64,000 bases of DNA from Podarcis cretensis (Eukaryota), in assembly GCA_951804945.1 (NCBI GenBank), contig OX638162.1, positions 37,944,001-38,008,000 on the forward strand, given 5' to 3'. Position 1 is the first letter of the stretch. The number at the start of each line of letters is the position of its first letter. Shown here piece by piece: positions 13,130 through 26,000 of this stretch. A model generated the notes under the pieces. It did not search any database, had not been told where the DNA came from, and saw only the letters and a program-made list of their open reading frames with translations. Position numbers and translations under genes: made by a program.

Positions 13130-14030
13130 AAGAGTAGGCAGGTGAGCGGCGCGTCCTTTCCCTCACGCGCCGGCACCACAACTCCCAGTGAACTTTGCGC
13201 TAACTCGGGCGCTGCCGTCAGTGAACGGAGCCGGCGCGTTGCGTGTCGGGACATGTAGTCGTTTGTGGATTTTTTCCTCCTCGCGTTAAAGGTCTCGAAG
13301 GCAAAGTGAGAGGAGGCTTTTTCGGATGCCCCCTCGTGATAGGCCGCGCCAACTTGACGGGGCGGGAAGAAGGAAGCCTATATAATAGGAAAGAAGGTGG
13401 ACTGACGTACGGGAGAGCCTATGGTGTGCCGGCAGTGTCGCTGGGCGGGCGGACCGTGAGGGGGAGGCCTGTGGCGCTTGTCTTCTTGTCCCGAGCTTGA
13501 AAGGAGGTGGAAACAGCAGCGGCGGCGGTGGCGGTGACGACGTTCGTCGTTGGAGACGCAACCTGAGGCGAGTCCCTTCAGCGGCGGGACAACCGAAGGA
13601 AGAAGGTGAGTGTCCGGAACGGCGAAGGCGGCCGTCCTGGGCCTCCTTCGCTCGCTTCCTCCCGCCTCAGAATTTTACCTCAGAAGGACGACGACGCCCC
13701 TATTTCGAGCGGGGGATTATGTTTTGTTCCCGCTCCCCGGCATAACCACACCTCGGAGGACTGCCGTGTCCCTCCTGGCGCCCAGCCCCTCCACCGCATT
13801 GAACACCCCCCCGCCCGGCTCAGTTTTTTGAGGCCTGCTTCCTCCGTAATGGTTTCCAAAAGTGTTTGTTTTCTATAGTGGTTCTCTTCTTCATAACCTC
13901 TCTCACTCACGCACACGTATTCTTTCTTCCTTAAAAAAAAACCCCAACAACAACTTGGCACCCTTGACACGCGTCGAGGGGGATCCACACATGCACACTC
14001 ATACTTCTCTGGAAGGGAAGGGCGTGCGCT
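13130..14030 (+). promoter_or_regulatory. CpG island / probable RAB40C promoter
   Basis: Only strongly CpG-rich non-repeat stretch in the window. It holds ZNF143-type motifs (13175-13199 and 13248-13259), GC-box/E2F-like GGGGCGGGAA (13359-13368), TATATAA (13379-13385) and a CRE-like TGACG at 13403. Confidence 0.85.
13410..13605 (+). other. RAB40C: Probable non-coding first exon of RAB40C (5' boundary approximate)
   Basis: Consensus donor AAG|GTGAGT at 13605/13606 inside the CpG island; GC/CGG-rich leader; the next RAB40C exon has acceptor candidates at 16731 and 16890. Confidence 0.65.
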
Positions 14031-14115
14031 ACCTTCCCATGTGTTGACTTGTTTGTTTCTTTCAGTAGAACCACGCACCTCTGAACTTGGCACGCTTGAC
14101 TGGCACATGTGCCCC

Positions 14116-14162
14116 CTTCCTCCTCCTCCTCCTCCTCCTCCTCCTCCTCCTCCTCCTCCTCT
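14116..14162. repeat. (CCT)n microsatellite in the first intron
   Basis: ~15 CCT units with one interruption. Confidence 0.95.
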
Positions 14163-16943
14163 GGGAGGGATGGTGGTGCCTTGTTTGCTGCTCCAGCGTT
14201 ATTTATCTTGCCCTTGTATTTAAGGACTAGCCTGGTAGCCATAGGTGGCTGGCAATTGTGTGCTGGGGAGCCCTACTCAAGTGAGCAGAGTTGGTGGAGA
14301 AGAGATGGGAAAACACCCAGCATAGAAACTAAGAGGGGTGTTATAGGAAGTAAGTCCCCTTCTCTGTCCCCAGGTCTGTGTCCCTCCTTTGCCTGAGTGG
14401 GCAAGAAAAACAAAATAGTAGGCTAGTAATTTTTACAAGGCTGCTTTATCTTTACTTCTCCTGCATGCAGAATGTTTATGGCTTGATTTGATTTGCAGGG
14501 GTTGCTAAAAGTGCAAACGGTCACTTGTGAGGAAGTCATGAAATGCTTCTTTTCTTTCTTCCTCCCCAAACTGAGCCCAGTGGATTGTGCATAAGTGCTA
14601 AATCTGTTTATCTTTACTGCAAGAGTCTTCTGCCTTAAAAAAAAAGAAAGTTGAAGTACACTAGATAATGGCAGGAGAGAGGGAAAGTTCTGTCTTGTGG
14701 TTATAGAAGCTGGGTTGGCTGCCTCAGAGTTGCAAGTCATTGCTTGATGTTAACAGCTGTCAAGCAGTGGAAATGGGTGTGTGAATGCTCTTGAAGAGAG
14801 AAAGATATAGGAACCCCAGAAAAGTGGTGTGGGGTAGTACAATGGCCAATGCTGTGATTCTTAAACCCACTGGGAGTAAGCCCCATTGAATTCAGTAGAA
14901 CTGAATAGCCAGTTAGGATTGCACTGTAAGAGGCTGAGCCGTGAGTTAAGTCCTTGGTTTGAATCTTGCCTCTGTCATAAACTTGCTAAGTGGCCTTTGA
15001 TCAGCATGGCACTGTCTTGCCTCCTAGTTTTCCCTACTCCACCTGCATTATGGAGGTTTATAACACTTAACATACCTTTGGGGATTGTTGTAAGGATTAA
15101 AACTATATAGTACATGAAGCACTTTGCATGCTTGAAAGAACTATTCAGATATTAAATATTTTTATTAAGTCCCCGATTCCCCACACTTGTTTCTGTTGCT
15201 TGTGTTGACCCTTTGGTGAGGCACCGTTTAATCTAGTTTCTATAATTACCATCCTTTAGACCCTTATCTGGATGTGCCTGCCCCCTGTCAAAATCTTGTT
15301 ATTTTTCACTGGGCCACTAGATTAGTACTACCAGTACCAGCACAGAACAGAATTCTCAGCTTGCCCATAAATATACATAAGATGTTGCAGGAAGGGGGAA
15401 ACCTGTTCTTTAGGCACCCTTTTCCTGATCAATAACAGGGGTTCAAAGACTAGTATGCTGCCACAATCTCCTCTTCCATCAGCTCTTAGTCCCACATCCT
15501 TTACTACCCCACACTTCCTCTTGTAGACTCAGATATGTCTTCTGTTCTGTAGTCTGGTGTCCTGGACTTCAGCTTTGGTGTGGCATTCCTTTCTTTGCAC
15601 ACTTTCCAATCTCTGTGGCTTTGTGCTTTTGTCTATACCTTGGTTTGTGTGTGTGTGTGTGTGTGTCTTCCTCCTTCCCCATTTTTTTGGACCCCTCCCT
15701 TGCATGATACATACAAGTTCACACCCTTGTTAATTTAATGTTAAACTACCTCCCATTTCTTCAGTGGCTGACATGGAATATAATCTTACAATTTGCAAGC
15801 CTGTACAGAAACTCTGAGAACAATTAACAAGTTTACCATGTTACAAAAACAGGTCACTAGAGTGTATTGGTGTAATCTGATTAATACAGACTGTTTACCC
15901 CTTTATATTCCACTTCTTTGGGAAGCATCTTGCTCTAACCTAAGTGGGTACTATGAATGGATTACAAAGGAAGAAAGAGTATTACCGTATGTTTCCAAGA
16001 GACAGGAGTTGGGAAATTGACAATGGAATGGAAATATGGATATTACAAGAGTGTCTTATGAATTCTAATTGCCCATCAATGATCTGGGAAGTTAAATCTA
16101 ACATACCTGATTTCTTTCTTAATATGTGTAATCTTGTCAGGATTCTTGAGATGTGAGTGTATGGACTAGAAAAGACACTGAAAAAAGTGTAGGAAGCTTA
16201 AGATCAATTGTGTGTTTCTGTGTATACAAATTACAGTTAGATATTGAAGAGGAACTCAATCTATTGTTCCTGGCTCAATCTCTTCCTTTACCAGTGAGTG
16301 ACTATACTTGTACCCCAATCTCCCCCAGCTTTAGTAACCTTCAGATGTTTTAAACACCATCTCCCTTCAACCCCAGCCAATGTGGGCAGTAGTCGGGAAT
16401 GATGGGAGTTGTAATCCAACAACATCTAGAGGTCACCAGGTTAGAGAAGCCTGCTATACGCAGTAGGTTTCATTACACAGTATATATCAGAGGCAGCCCC
16501 TTTCATGCTATGTGAATCAATCGCCAATAAGGTGTTTTGTACAGGTGCTGGCCACCTCCCCACCCCCCAAATTGGGTGTTTGTGAGGAGAAATAGTATGG
16601 CCATTGCACTTATGTTGGTGTTTGGCAGCTCAGAAAATTTTGAACTGTGCATTTTCTGCCTGATAGTTCAGGAGTATGGAATGGAAACAAAGTAAGTAGG
16701 CCATCTTTCCCCACCCCGCCTTCCCTTTCAGGACCCAGCACATTTTGACAGAAGATTATTCACAAAAGATGGAGAGCCTGCTGTGAGAAGAATCATTCAT
16801 CTCTCCTTTGTGCCTGCCTGTGGAAGGACAGAATTACACTAATTCTCCCAAGATTGCCTCTGAAAGTTTGGTATCGTGTGCATCTTTCAGTCTGGCTGTG
16901 TGTTTAGTATGCGGATTCTACCTCTTCACTAATGAGAGGGAGA

Positions 16944-17085
16944 ATGGGAACCCAGGGCAGCCCTGTGAAGAGCTATGATTATCTGCTCAAGTTCTTGTTG
17001 GTTGGTGACAGTGATGTCGGCAAAGGAGAAATCCTGGAGAGCCTTCAAGATGGAGCATCTGAATCACCTTACGCATACAGTAATG
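16944..17085 (+). CDS. RAB40C: RAB40C coding exon 1 ([48 protein letters not shown])
   Basis: ATG in strong Kozak context (agaATGg); P-loop GDSDVGKG; donor G|gtaag at 17085/17086. Not in the ORF track. Confidence 0.96.
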
Positions 17086-20000
17086 GTAAGCAATCTTAAT
17101 AAAAGCACTCTAGCCAATATCTTGCATTAATTGGGGTGTATTCCTCATTTGTAGGATGTAGTATTGTCTTGCTGTTTATGCAGTTTGGTCTCCATAACCT
17201 GAAAAATAACACTTTGCATAAAATAGCTAGAATAATAATTTTAAAAACCTAACTAGCCTAGATCTTTCATGTTATTTGCTTTGCTGGATCTTGGTGTGGT
17301 GTTGTATTTTAGGGTATGTGTGTTGGAAAAGTTCAAATCAGCAGTGTCACATTAATGTGAAGGTTGTGACTTGGTTTCTGAAATCGCCTTGCAAATCTGC
17401 CTCCCAGTGTTGTGCTGTGGGAAATGATTCGATTACTGTTTTGGTGTACTTTGAAGTGTTGACTTAGAATTGCAAATCCTGCAGTGCTAAAAGGTGGCTC
17501 AGAAGCACACAGCACCTTGTGTTGTTCAGTCTTCAGGTGGTGGGAAAGAGAATCAAACCGTACTCTGTAGGACAATGGTTGGAGGTCCAGTTTAAAACCT
17601 GATTACATTTTAAAGTGTGTGCCATGGAACAAGTTAATTAGCTCAAAATTCATACCATTTCTGACTTGAGCAGGAGGAGTACATATCTAAATCTGACTCT
17701 TTTGCATAAAGTCTTAAAATTTTTTAAAGCCTCACAAGCCATTAACAGTTAACTAAGAGACAAGATGTAGCATTCCTGTATATTCTTCTGCTTCTTTGGA
17801 TAGTAGTTAACATGTAACTCTGCCTGGCAGTGACTGTGTCCTGTAGTGATTTTTCAGTCTGTCAGAGCTCTAGCCATCTTAAACTCTGAATGACTGCCTG
17901 GGGGGCTTGACAGCAGAAAGGAAGCATCCGCACCAGCTCTACTCCCAGGGCTTCAGCACTTGGCACATGACACCTACACTGAAAGCAACTGTATGTGAAG
18001 CTCAAAGTATACAGTGTGGAAGCAGACCTGCTTAAATGGGGCTGCCCCCAAGGAGTAGGGATGCCTCATGTTTTAGTAAAATTGGTTTACAGAAAGCTGA
18101 CTATTCTGTGCTTTCTGCTCTTGCTACCTTCTAGAATCTCTTCTTCACTGCCCCTCCCCCAATGCGTTCCACTTGCCAAGCTCACTTCTAATATTGTGAG
18201 CTTAGCTGAAGAGAAAAATAGCTGAAAAGGACAGGTCAGAAAATTGGGAAAGTAGGCATCAGGAGTAGTTGACACCTCTCATGCATGTACCTGCTTTGCT
18301 GGGGGCAGGGGGGAAGGATTATCCAATACTAGAGATGACTAGGACAGACCTAGGTTTTAACTAGCCAGCCTACTGTCATCACATGTTTTAATCTGGTGAC
18401 GGTTTGACTTCCAGCTGCTCAGAGTCCTTGCTGGCCACAAAAATGTACTGTTCCAGTGGCTGCTTTAGCTGCTGTAGGTAGAAGTGGTTGCATGAGAAGA
18501 GGCATGACTATGTAGAGCTGTGTTCAGGAGTCAGCTGGGGAATGAACAAAATACTTGATGCCACTGACAAAAAACTTATTTAGGGAGCGTAAATGACATG
18601 TTATTTCTCAAATATAGATCACATCTAAGTAAAAACCTCTAGTGACGCTTCAGAATAGCATTTTATGTAGATCTTACAAAATCAGAATCAACAACAACAA
18701 CAAAAACTTGGTCTTGGCAAGAACATTTGTCCACAGACAGTTTTTCCGTGTCATGTGGCCAAGCCAGTAAAGCGAGATGAGTGCCGCAACCCCAGAGTCG
18801 TCCACGACTGGACTTTACAGTCAGCGGTCCCTTTACCTTTACCTTAGGCAAGAACTTAAAGATCTGAAATGGAACAGCAGCAGTCTTAACATTCTGGAAG
18901 GTCAAAAGCCTTTCAGAACAAAATCATTTTTGCAGGCTTCCAAAATAAAAGGTGTCAGTACAACCTTTCATACTAGCTCCTTTCTTATCCTCTGTTGAAA
19001 CTGAAACACATTTTGGCTCTGGTATCAACCCAGAAGCTGTCTGCAGATAAACGCCGGCTCCCTCGGAGTGAGATGAGCGCGCAACCCCAGAGTCATCCGC
19101 AACTGGACCTAATGGTCAGGGGTACCTTTACCTTTATCAGGATACTTAAGTTCTTTCAGATATGATAACCACCAACTTAGAAGGCTTTTAAAAAGCATTA
19201 GACAAATTAATGGAGGATAATGCTAGTCATGATGGCTATATGCTACTTCCAGGATCAGAGGTTCCCTAGCTCTTACCAGCCACTGGGAAAAGCAGCAGGA
19301 GAAGGCTTTTTATCCTTGTGTCTTACTTATGAGTTTTTGATAGGCATGTGCTCACTTACTGTGGGAAACGGGATGCTGCACTGGACAGGGCTTTAGTTTG
19401 ATCCAGCAGGGCTCTTCTTATGTTCATAGCTGCTATTTACTTTACAGTTAGCCTTTATCTGTGGTCATTGCTGCTAGGTTTTTGAACTGGCAGCAATAGT
19501 GCTGCACCCGAAGTGCAAAATTTAAACATACCAAGGCTCCTGGCCAAAACCTAGAAATATCTGAACACATTCTATTTAAACAGATGTTCTGTCGTGCTGT
19601 CCATTCCTCGCCTTTAATGCAATTTTATTTACAACATTAAATCACCCAGACCCGAACCAATTCTAGAGGCCGTTGCTTAAGAATCAGCTGAGGCCTGCTA
19701 CATGAAATTGCTCATCATAATGTTGATACCATCAGTTTTGTAAAAGCTGTTGCTCTTTTGCAAGTATTGCTGTAATTTGGAGAAGAAATATTGCAACACT
19801 TGACTTGCATCACTTGGCACTAGAGCATCTACATTAGTTTTGACATTTCATGAAGGCCTAGAAAGTTGTTGCAGAGGAATACAAAACTTGATCCCTCCAA
19901 CCTCCCCCTTCTCCTCCTCCTTTCCCTCTCTCTCCCTCCCGGCAGTGTGCAAGTATTATCTCCTATTTGGATCAGATGTCTAAAGGGCATAGGCTGAATG

Positions 20001-23000
20001 GTTCATATGTAAATCTCATTCCATTAACAGCCAGCTCCTCCATAATGAAGGTCTTCCAGCTGGTGTCTTCAAAACTATTCTGGTGAACCATTGCAAATGT
20101 GTCTTTCAATTGCAAGTAGTTGGGTTGTGAGGAGGAGCAACATGATGTATCATAAACCTTCACGTTTGAACTCTATTTGTTATCCAGCTACTTATGTTAG
20201 GTGCTTGTCCTTATCATACACCTGATGATATGTCCTATTGTCTCTATTCAGTGTGCATGGTGTAGAAATGAGTGCTATAAAATCATCTTCCTCTTCTCTC
20301 TGTTGATTGACAACAGCCACAAATGGCAGTGCAGCTGCATGACCAATAGCTAAGTATTTGCAAAGAAACACAGAGCTGGGATCTTTATTATTATTATTAA
20401 TAATAATAATAATAATAATTCAGTTTCTTACCTATTCTTCGCCTCAGTCTCCCAGAGTGGGTTCAGTCTGAAACAATTGCAATCATACATACAGTGCTTT
20501 TTTATATAAAAAAAATGTTTGGGGGTACATACATACATTATATAGATATGGTGTCAAAAAGACCAGGTTAAAGAAATGCATCTATTGTCCTTTCACATTT
20601 GCAGGCTTCAAAATGCTTCACTTCCTCATAATCAGTGTTAGCTGCTGTTCCAGGAACATAGCAAGCTGCTTTTTCCTCTTAGGCCATTGGAGAATCTAGC
20701 TCACCATTGTCTACATTGACTGGCAGCTACTCTCTGTGATTTTATATGAGGGTCTTCCCCAGCCCTACCTGGAGATACTAGGGATTGAACTGAGGCCTAC
20801 TGCATACAAAGCATGTGCTCCACAACTGAGCAGTGGCATATCCCAAATCAGAATGGTTAAAGTGTGATTACATAAATCGTGATTCTGTTCTTCCTGTATC
20901 GGTACATGTAAATTAATGTATTCCAGAGTAAATGTAGATAAACTATTTGTGGATTCTGTTGCCTTGATCGTTGCTCCCCCTAAAATCCCTTTATGTGAGA
21001 ATGCAGTGTAAATAGTCTTTAAGCCTTCAGGATCTGGTAAACCCAGAGAAGGCCATTTATGCAGCTCTGGGGGAACATGAGCTATATCAGTGCAACTAAG
21101 TTTAATATTGTGTTGACATGTTGAAGTTTGAAACTGTTATCCTCAGTTGTGAAAAAGTTCTAAAAAGTTTAGAATAATCAATGGGGGTCATGAGTATTGA
21201 AGGTTAACTGTTCTTTTCTTGTTTCTTGGTTTTGACCCTGTTGAATTTCCCCATCCCCTCTTCATGTGTAAGCATGTAACTTGCAGAGATCAATTTATTA
21301 CTTAAAGATAAAAGATGGCATTTCATGTCAGAGGCATCATGTCTGAGAAGGCTCCCTCTCCTGAAGGTGTGGGCCTTATATGATGAATAAATGACTCGTG
21401 CAAGCTCAGATGGAAGAATATAATTCTCCAAGCCCTTATTGGTAACTTGCAGGACTAACCCAGTGGTTTAAAATATTTTTCCTGGCCTTTATAAATTCAA
21501 GGTTTTAAAATGGAAGACATGTAAAGCAGGAGATTCATTCCAAGTTCATTGGACAAAGTTCCAACAATCAGCTGCTGCCTCTTGGAGCTTTGTTTTTTCC
21601 CTTCATTCCCCCTCCTGCAGTAAGCAGTACCCCATTAATATGATAAATACTTTTAAAAGACACTTTAGATACATGAGTAGGCAGACTAATATTTACCCTT
21701 TGAGTGCTTTGAAGAAGTGTCATTTTGTCTTTTTAGACACCCTTTTATGAAGCTAATACCAAGGATATTTTGACACTTTAACACGTGATGAGATGGGACA
21801 AAAGATTGTAAATAAAGCCATGTTGTCTATTTTCAAATAGGGGCAAAATGAATCAACAGGGATTCAGTGGAACATCATAGAGCACACTACTAAAAGCTTT
21901 TAGCAATTGGATGGTGGTGTTCTACACCAAGTCTGGAAGAATTTCTTTGGCTGCCCGCTCTTCCAAGCCAAATGACAGTTTGGGATCCAAATACCTGAAG
22001 GAACACCTCTCCCTGTATTAATCTGCCTATGCCTTAAGAGCTCCAGAGGAAGCTTTTCTTTGCATTCCATTGTTAGGGGAAGTGTTCTCTGTGGTGGCAC
22101 ATCACTATACAAGCATGGCAGACACCAGTGTTCAAATTTTCTTAGTTGGGCATCTTAAAGTTTTCTTCGTGTTTGCTTCAGCTCCCTTTTGTTTTTGTTT
22201 TTTTTATAAGCTTTGTTCTGTTTCTTTCTGTTTTTGTCTATAAGTTGGTGGCTTAATTTTGTGCTGAACCCACCCTGGGGGATATTTATATGAAGGCAGT
22301 TCTTCTCCAATTCCAATAGCAGTCTCTCCAAGGAAATGTTTATCTATGGTTTAGCTTGGATAGCTTTCACATAATAGCTAAAGAATCTGGAGTTCACACC
22401 AGATTTCTGTGTCTTGGTTCTCTTGAATTGCTTTTTACTACCTTTGTGCTATTCTGTCAAGGCCTCTTACTCAGAAGCAGCATTCCTTTAGAATAATATG
22501 TACCCAATTCTCCATTTTATCGTTCCTCCATCACACTCAAGCTAACTCCAAATGTTTTATGAGAACACTATAAAGGGAATTTAGCTTAACCTCAGGTGGT
22601 CCTCTGAGGTTAATTTGAGGAGTGGCCCATTGGTTCAAGGGCAAGCAGTTATCTCTACATGAGGATAAGCTGTTGACTTCTGCAAATATTTTATAATCCT
22701 TGGGGCATATAATGACACTTTCAGTGTGCAGCTGTTTTCAGTCATCTAGTGATTTTTTTGTTTTAAACAAACCTCTGCATATAATACAAGGGTATGAACA
22801 GAATCTAATTGTGATGGCTTTACCACCCATGATGTGGGGATACCAGTTCACATCTCAGCTGAACTGATAATGGGTTTGAGTGGCCCTGGTGAGCTTATCT
22901 GAGGGCAGGCAACTGTGCACCAAACAGCTGGGGGAGCAGCTACCATTTTCATTTCCCACAATTCCACCAAAGCATCATTGCTAGACTATAATAAGCTTTT

Positions 23001-26000
23001 ATCTGCTGTCAACTTGTGAATTCCAAAGTAATCTGACAGTGCACAAGCATCTTGGACCTAAGTAGGAGACAAGCCCCCACAGTAATTCCTTGGAAATGTA
23101 AAAATATTTACACTGATCCAGAAGATATTAAATGTCTTGGGAAATAGGGAAATAGAGTGGTTAGTTATGCCCACTGCCCCAAAGTTAATGGATTAAATAA
23201 CAGTGTTCTTACCTCTTTACTAGTATTGATTTGTTGTGCTTTTCTGCATAAAACATATCAGAACCTGGATTATTGAAACTAGAGGCTTCCAAAATGCATT
23301 TTCTTCCATGTTATTACTTTAGCTGACTACAAAATTGTGTTGAAATTAAAATAAAACTTATCCTTGAAGAGGGCAACCAATAAAGGAATAATAGACATAC
23401 CTTGTCAATTAGAGAAAATTAAATGCATTGTTGTAATGTGACAGGTTTTATTATTAGTCACTAACTTTGAAAATGCTGCATTTTGTAGGACTGCAGTTTC
23501 AATATCTCTTGTGTTTAAGACTGTGGATATCTACAGTCAGCTTCAGACTTCTATAATCCGGCTTTCCTACATGTCTTTTCTTTAATGGCACTTTTCTTTC
23601 TAGTGATAAGCGTGAAATTCTGCTTGCAAGAGGTTTTTGCAGGCAGTGTAAAACTCTTTTCAGAAAGCTGCATAGATACCAGAGTACACTGATGTGTATT
23701 GTCCTTTGCAGCCTCAGTTTGAGGTTCAAAGGTAAACCCTGTACATGTTTTCCTCCCCACAGAAATTGTACTCCTTTGCTGTTCACTTTCAAAGAATGGT
23801 GGGTGAGCAGACTGTAAAGCCACTTGCCCCAGCCACATGCTGTAAGGAAGATATCTGAGCAAAGTGCTGTTAGCTTCCTCAAATAAAAATGTTAAGGCCT
23901 GAAAAATATCTCTGCCCACTTCTTTCCCATTTCCCCCCTCCATCTTCACATCTTTGTCATGCAGCTTAGAGCATGTAGCTGTTAGGAAGGGAAGGATTAA
24001 ATGGTCTTTGTCCCAATTGCCTGGAATATAAAATGCACACAACAGGCTGTAAATTGTGTTCATTACCCCAAGCAGCCATGATCCCCATGTGAACTCCTGT
24101 GAGGCATACAATTGCTGAACAGGGATCGAGGAGCCTCAGGGAACATTATGTAAGGAGGCAGCCCAGATGGGGCTGTTTTTAACCTCTCTTTTTCTTGCTG
24201 TCATGTACTGTGAAGAAGCTTACTGTTACAGACACACTAAAATAACTTGAGCTACTTAACTGGAAGTTTTGAGGTGTCCCCTGTGTACTCTAATGGTGTA
24301 CTCTACGGCTGGAGCAGGTAGCTAAAGAATATTTGGCCCAGCTAGCTTACTACATGTGTCCAGGGAATGAGGTGGTGAAGTTCATCACTATAGCCGTCTT
24401 GAATGGGGTACATCTGTTTGGTGCAGGGGTAGAAAGACATTGAGATTCCTCCCCTTGTGCTGCAAAGAAACTTCTGTGGCAAACTCATTGGGGTCTATAG
24501 GGTTTGCTAGGTAATTTAAGTACTTGAAATAGGTTGGTGCCTCTTTATTGACATTTCTTTTGGTGTGAAGTTGGTAAGCTATCAAGTTACTTCATATATC
24601 CAATCAACTAGTTCTTTAGCAACAAAACCTCTTCACTCTTCTGGGTCTTCTCTATGCAACCATGAACTTCACTAATCAAAGATAATATCCTGTTATTGTT
24701 CAATTTGACTATTACTGTGGATTATACCTTCCAGGATGAATGGCAGAGGGCAGGGTAGGTAGCTATGTTTACTCCTTCATGTGACTTATGCCTCTATTGT
24801 CAAATCATAGCTACCCCCAAATTCACATGAATCTGTCTCAGAACAGCTGATTATGTAAATTATGTAAACAATTGAATTAGTGGCAGGCTCTTACAACTTT
24901 GGTTTTATGCAGAGTAAACTTGGTTATGTATCTCTCAATGTGTATACACACACAGACAAATAAATGTTTCTCACTTTCCACATGCACGCCCCCCCCCCCC
25001 AACTCTTCCTCTACAGTGGTACCTCGGTTGTAAAACGTAATCCGTTCTGGAAAACCGTTCGTTCGACTTCCGAAACATCTGACAACCAAGGTGCAATGGG
25101 AGGTCGGCAAATTCCATTGAGAAAATGGAGAAACATGCCTCGAAGCCGTTCAACTTCTGAGGCACGTTCGAAAACAGAAGCATTCACTTCCGGATTTTCA
25201 GTGTTCAGGTTCTGATTCGTTTGGCTTCCAAAATGCTTGAAAACCAAGGTTCCACTGTATAGCTTTTGCCATCCTAATTAAGCTGTATTGTTCATCTTTT
25301 CTTACTGGTAATGTATACCAGTGTCAAAATCTTTGAAAATGAAACACCAACAATCTGTTTCAGCTGAACTGGTGCTCCAACTATGTTCAAATTCATTGCT
25401 TAGGAACTGAAGGAAGGAAGCTTTTGTGGTTCTGTTAAGAATTGGATATAGAGTCACTATTCATTAGCATCTGTTGAGGCAGGAGTGCCCACCCATGCAC
25501 ATACTTTGTAGTGTTTCTCTCAGTGTTAAGACACATCTTGCTGTAATGTCTTATAGTTTGAAGTGCACAACAGACCTTTCTTCATACCCAGTTCCATACT
25601 CAATTCTGGATGACAGTATTGGTCTTCAAGCCTTACTCAAGTTTCTGAGCTGTGTTGGCTGGCCAGCCTCTGAAGAGTGTCTGAATTATTGGGTGCACAT
25701 TATTGATGAAAGAACTCACTTGCTTTTGTAACAAGTCTAGTATGCAGCACAGTATGGTCAAGATAGGGACGCGGGTGGCGCTGTGGGTAAAAGCCTCAGT
25801 GCCTAGGGCTTGCCGATCGAAAGGTCGGCGGTTCGAATCCCCGCGGCGGGGTGCGCTCCCGCTGCTCGGTCCCAGCGCCTGCCAACCTAGCAGTTCGAAA
25901 GCACCCCCGGGTGCAAGTAGATAAATAGGGACCACTTACTGGTGGGAAGGTAAACGGCGTTTCCGTGTGCTGCGCTGGCTCGCCAGATGCAGCTTTGTCA

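Noticed and set aside
13243-14108. Overlapping ORFs in the CpG island
   Set aside because: GC-rich DNA is poor in stop codons; no recognisable protein.
13931-14396. ORFs with poly-E, poly-P or poly-S
   Set aside because: These are translations of the (CCT)n microsatellite; no coding evidence.
23499-24111. 127-aa and 186-aa antisense intronic ORFs
   Set aside because: No recognisable domain or exon structure; consistent with chance ORFs.
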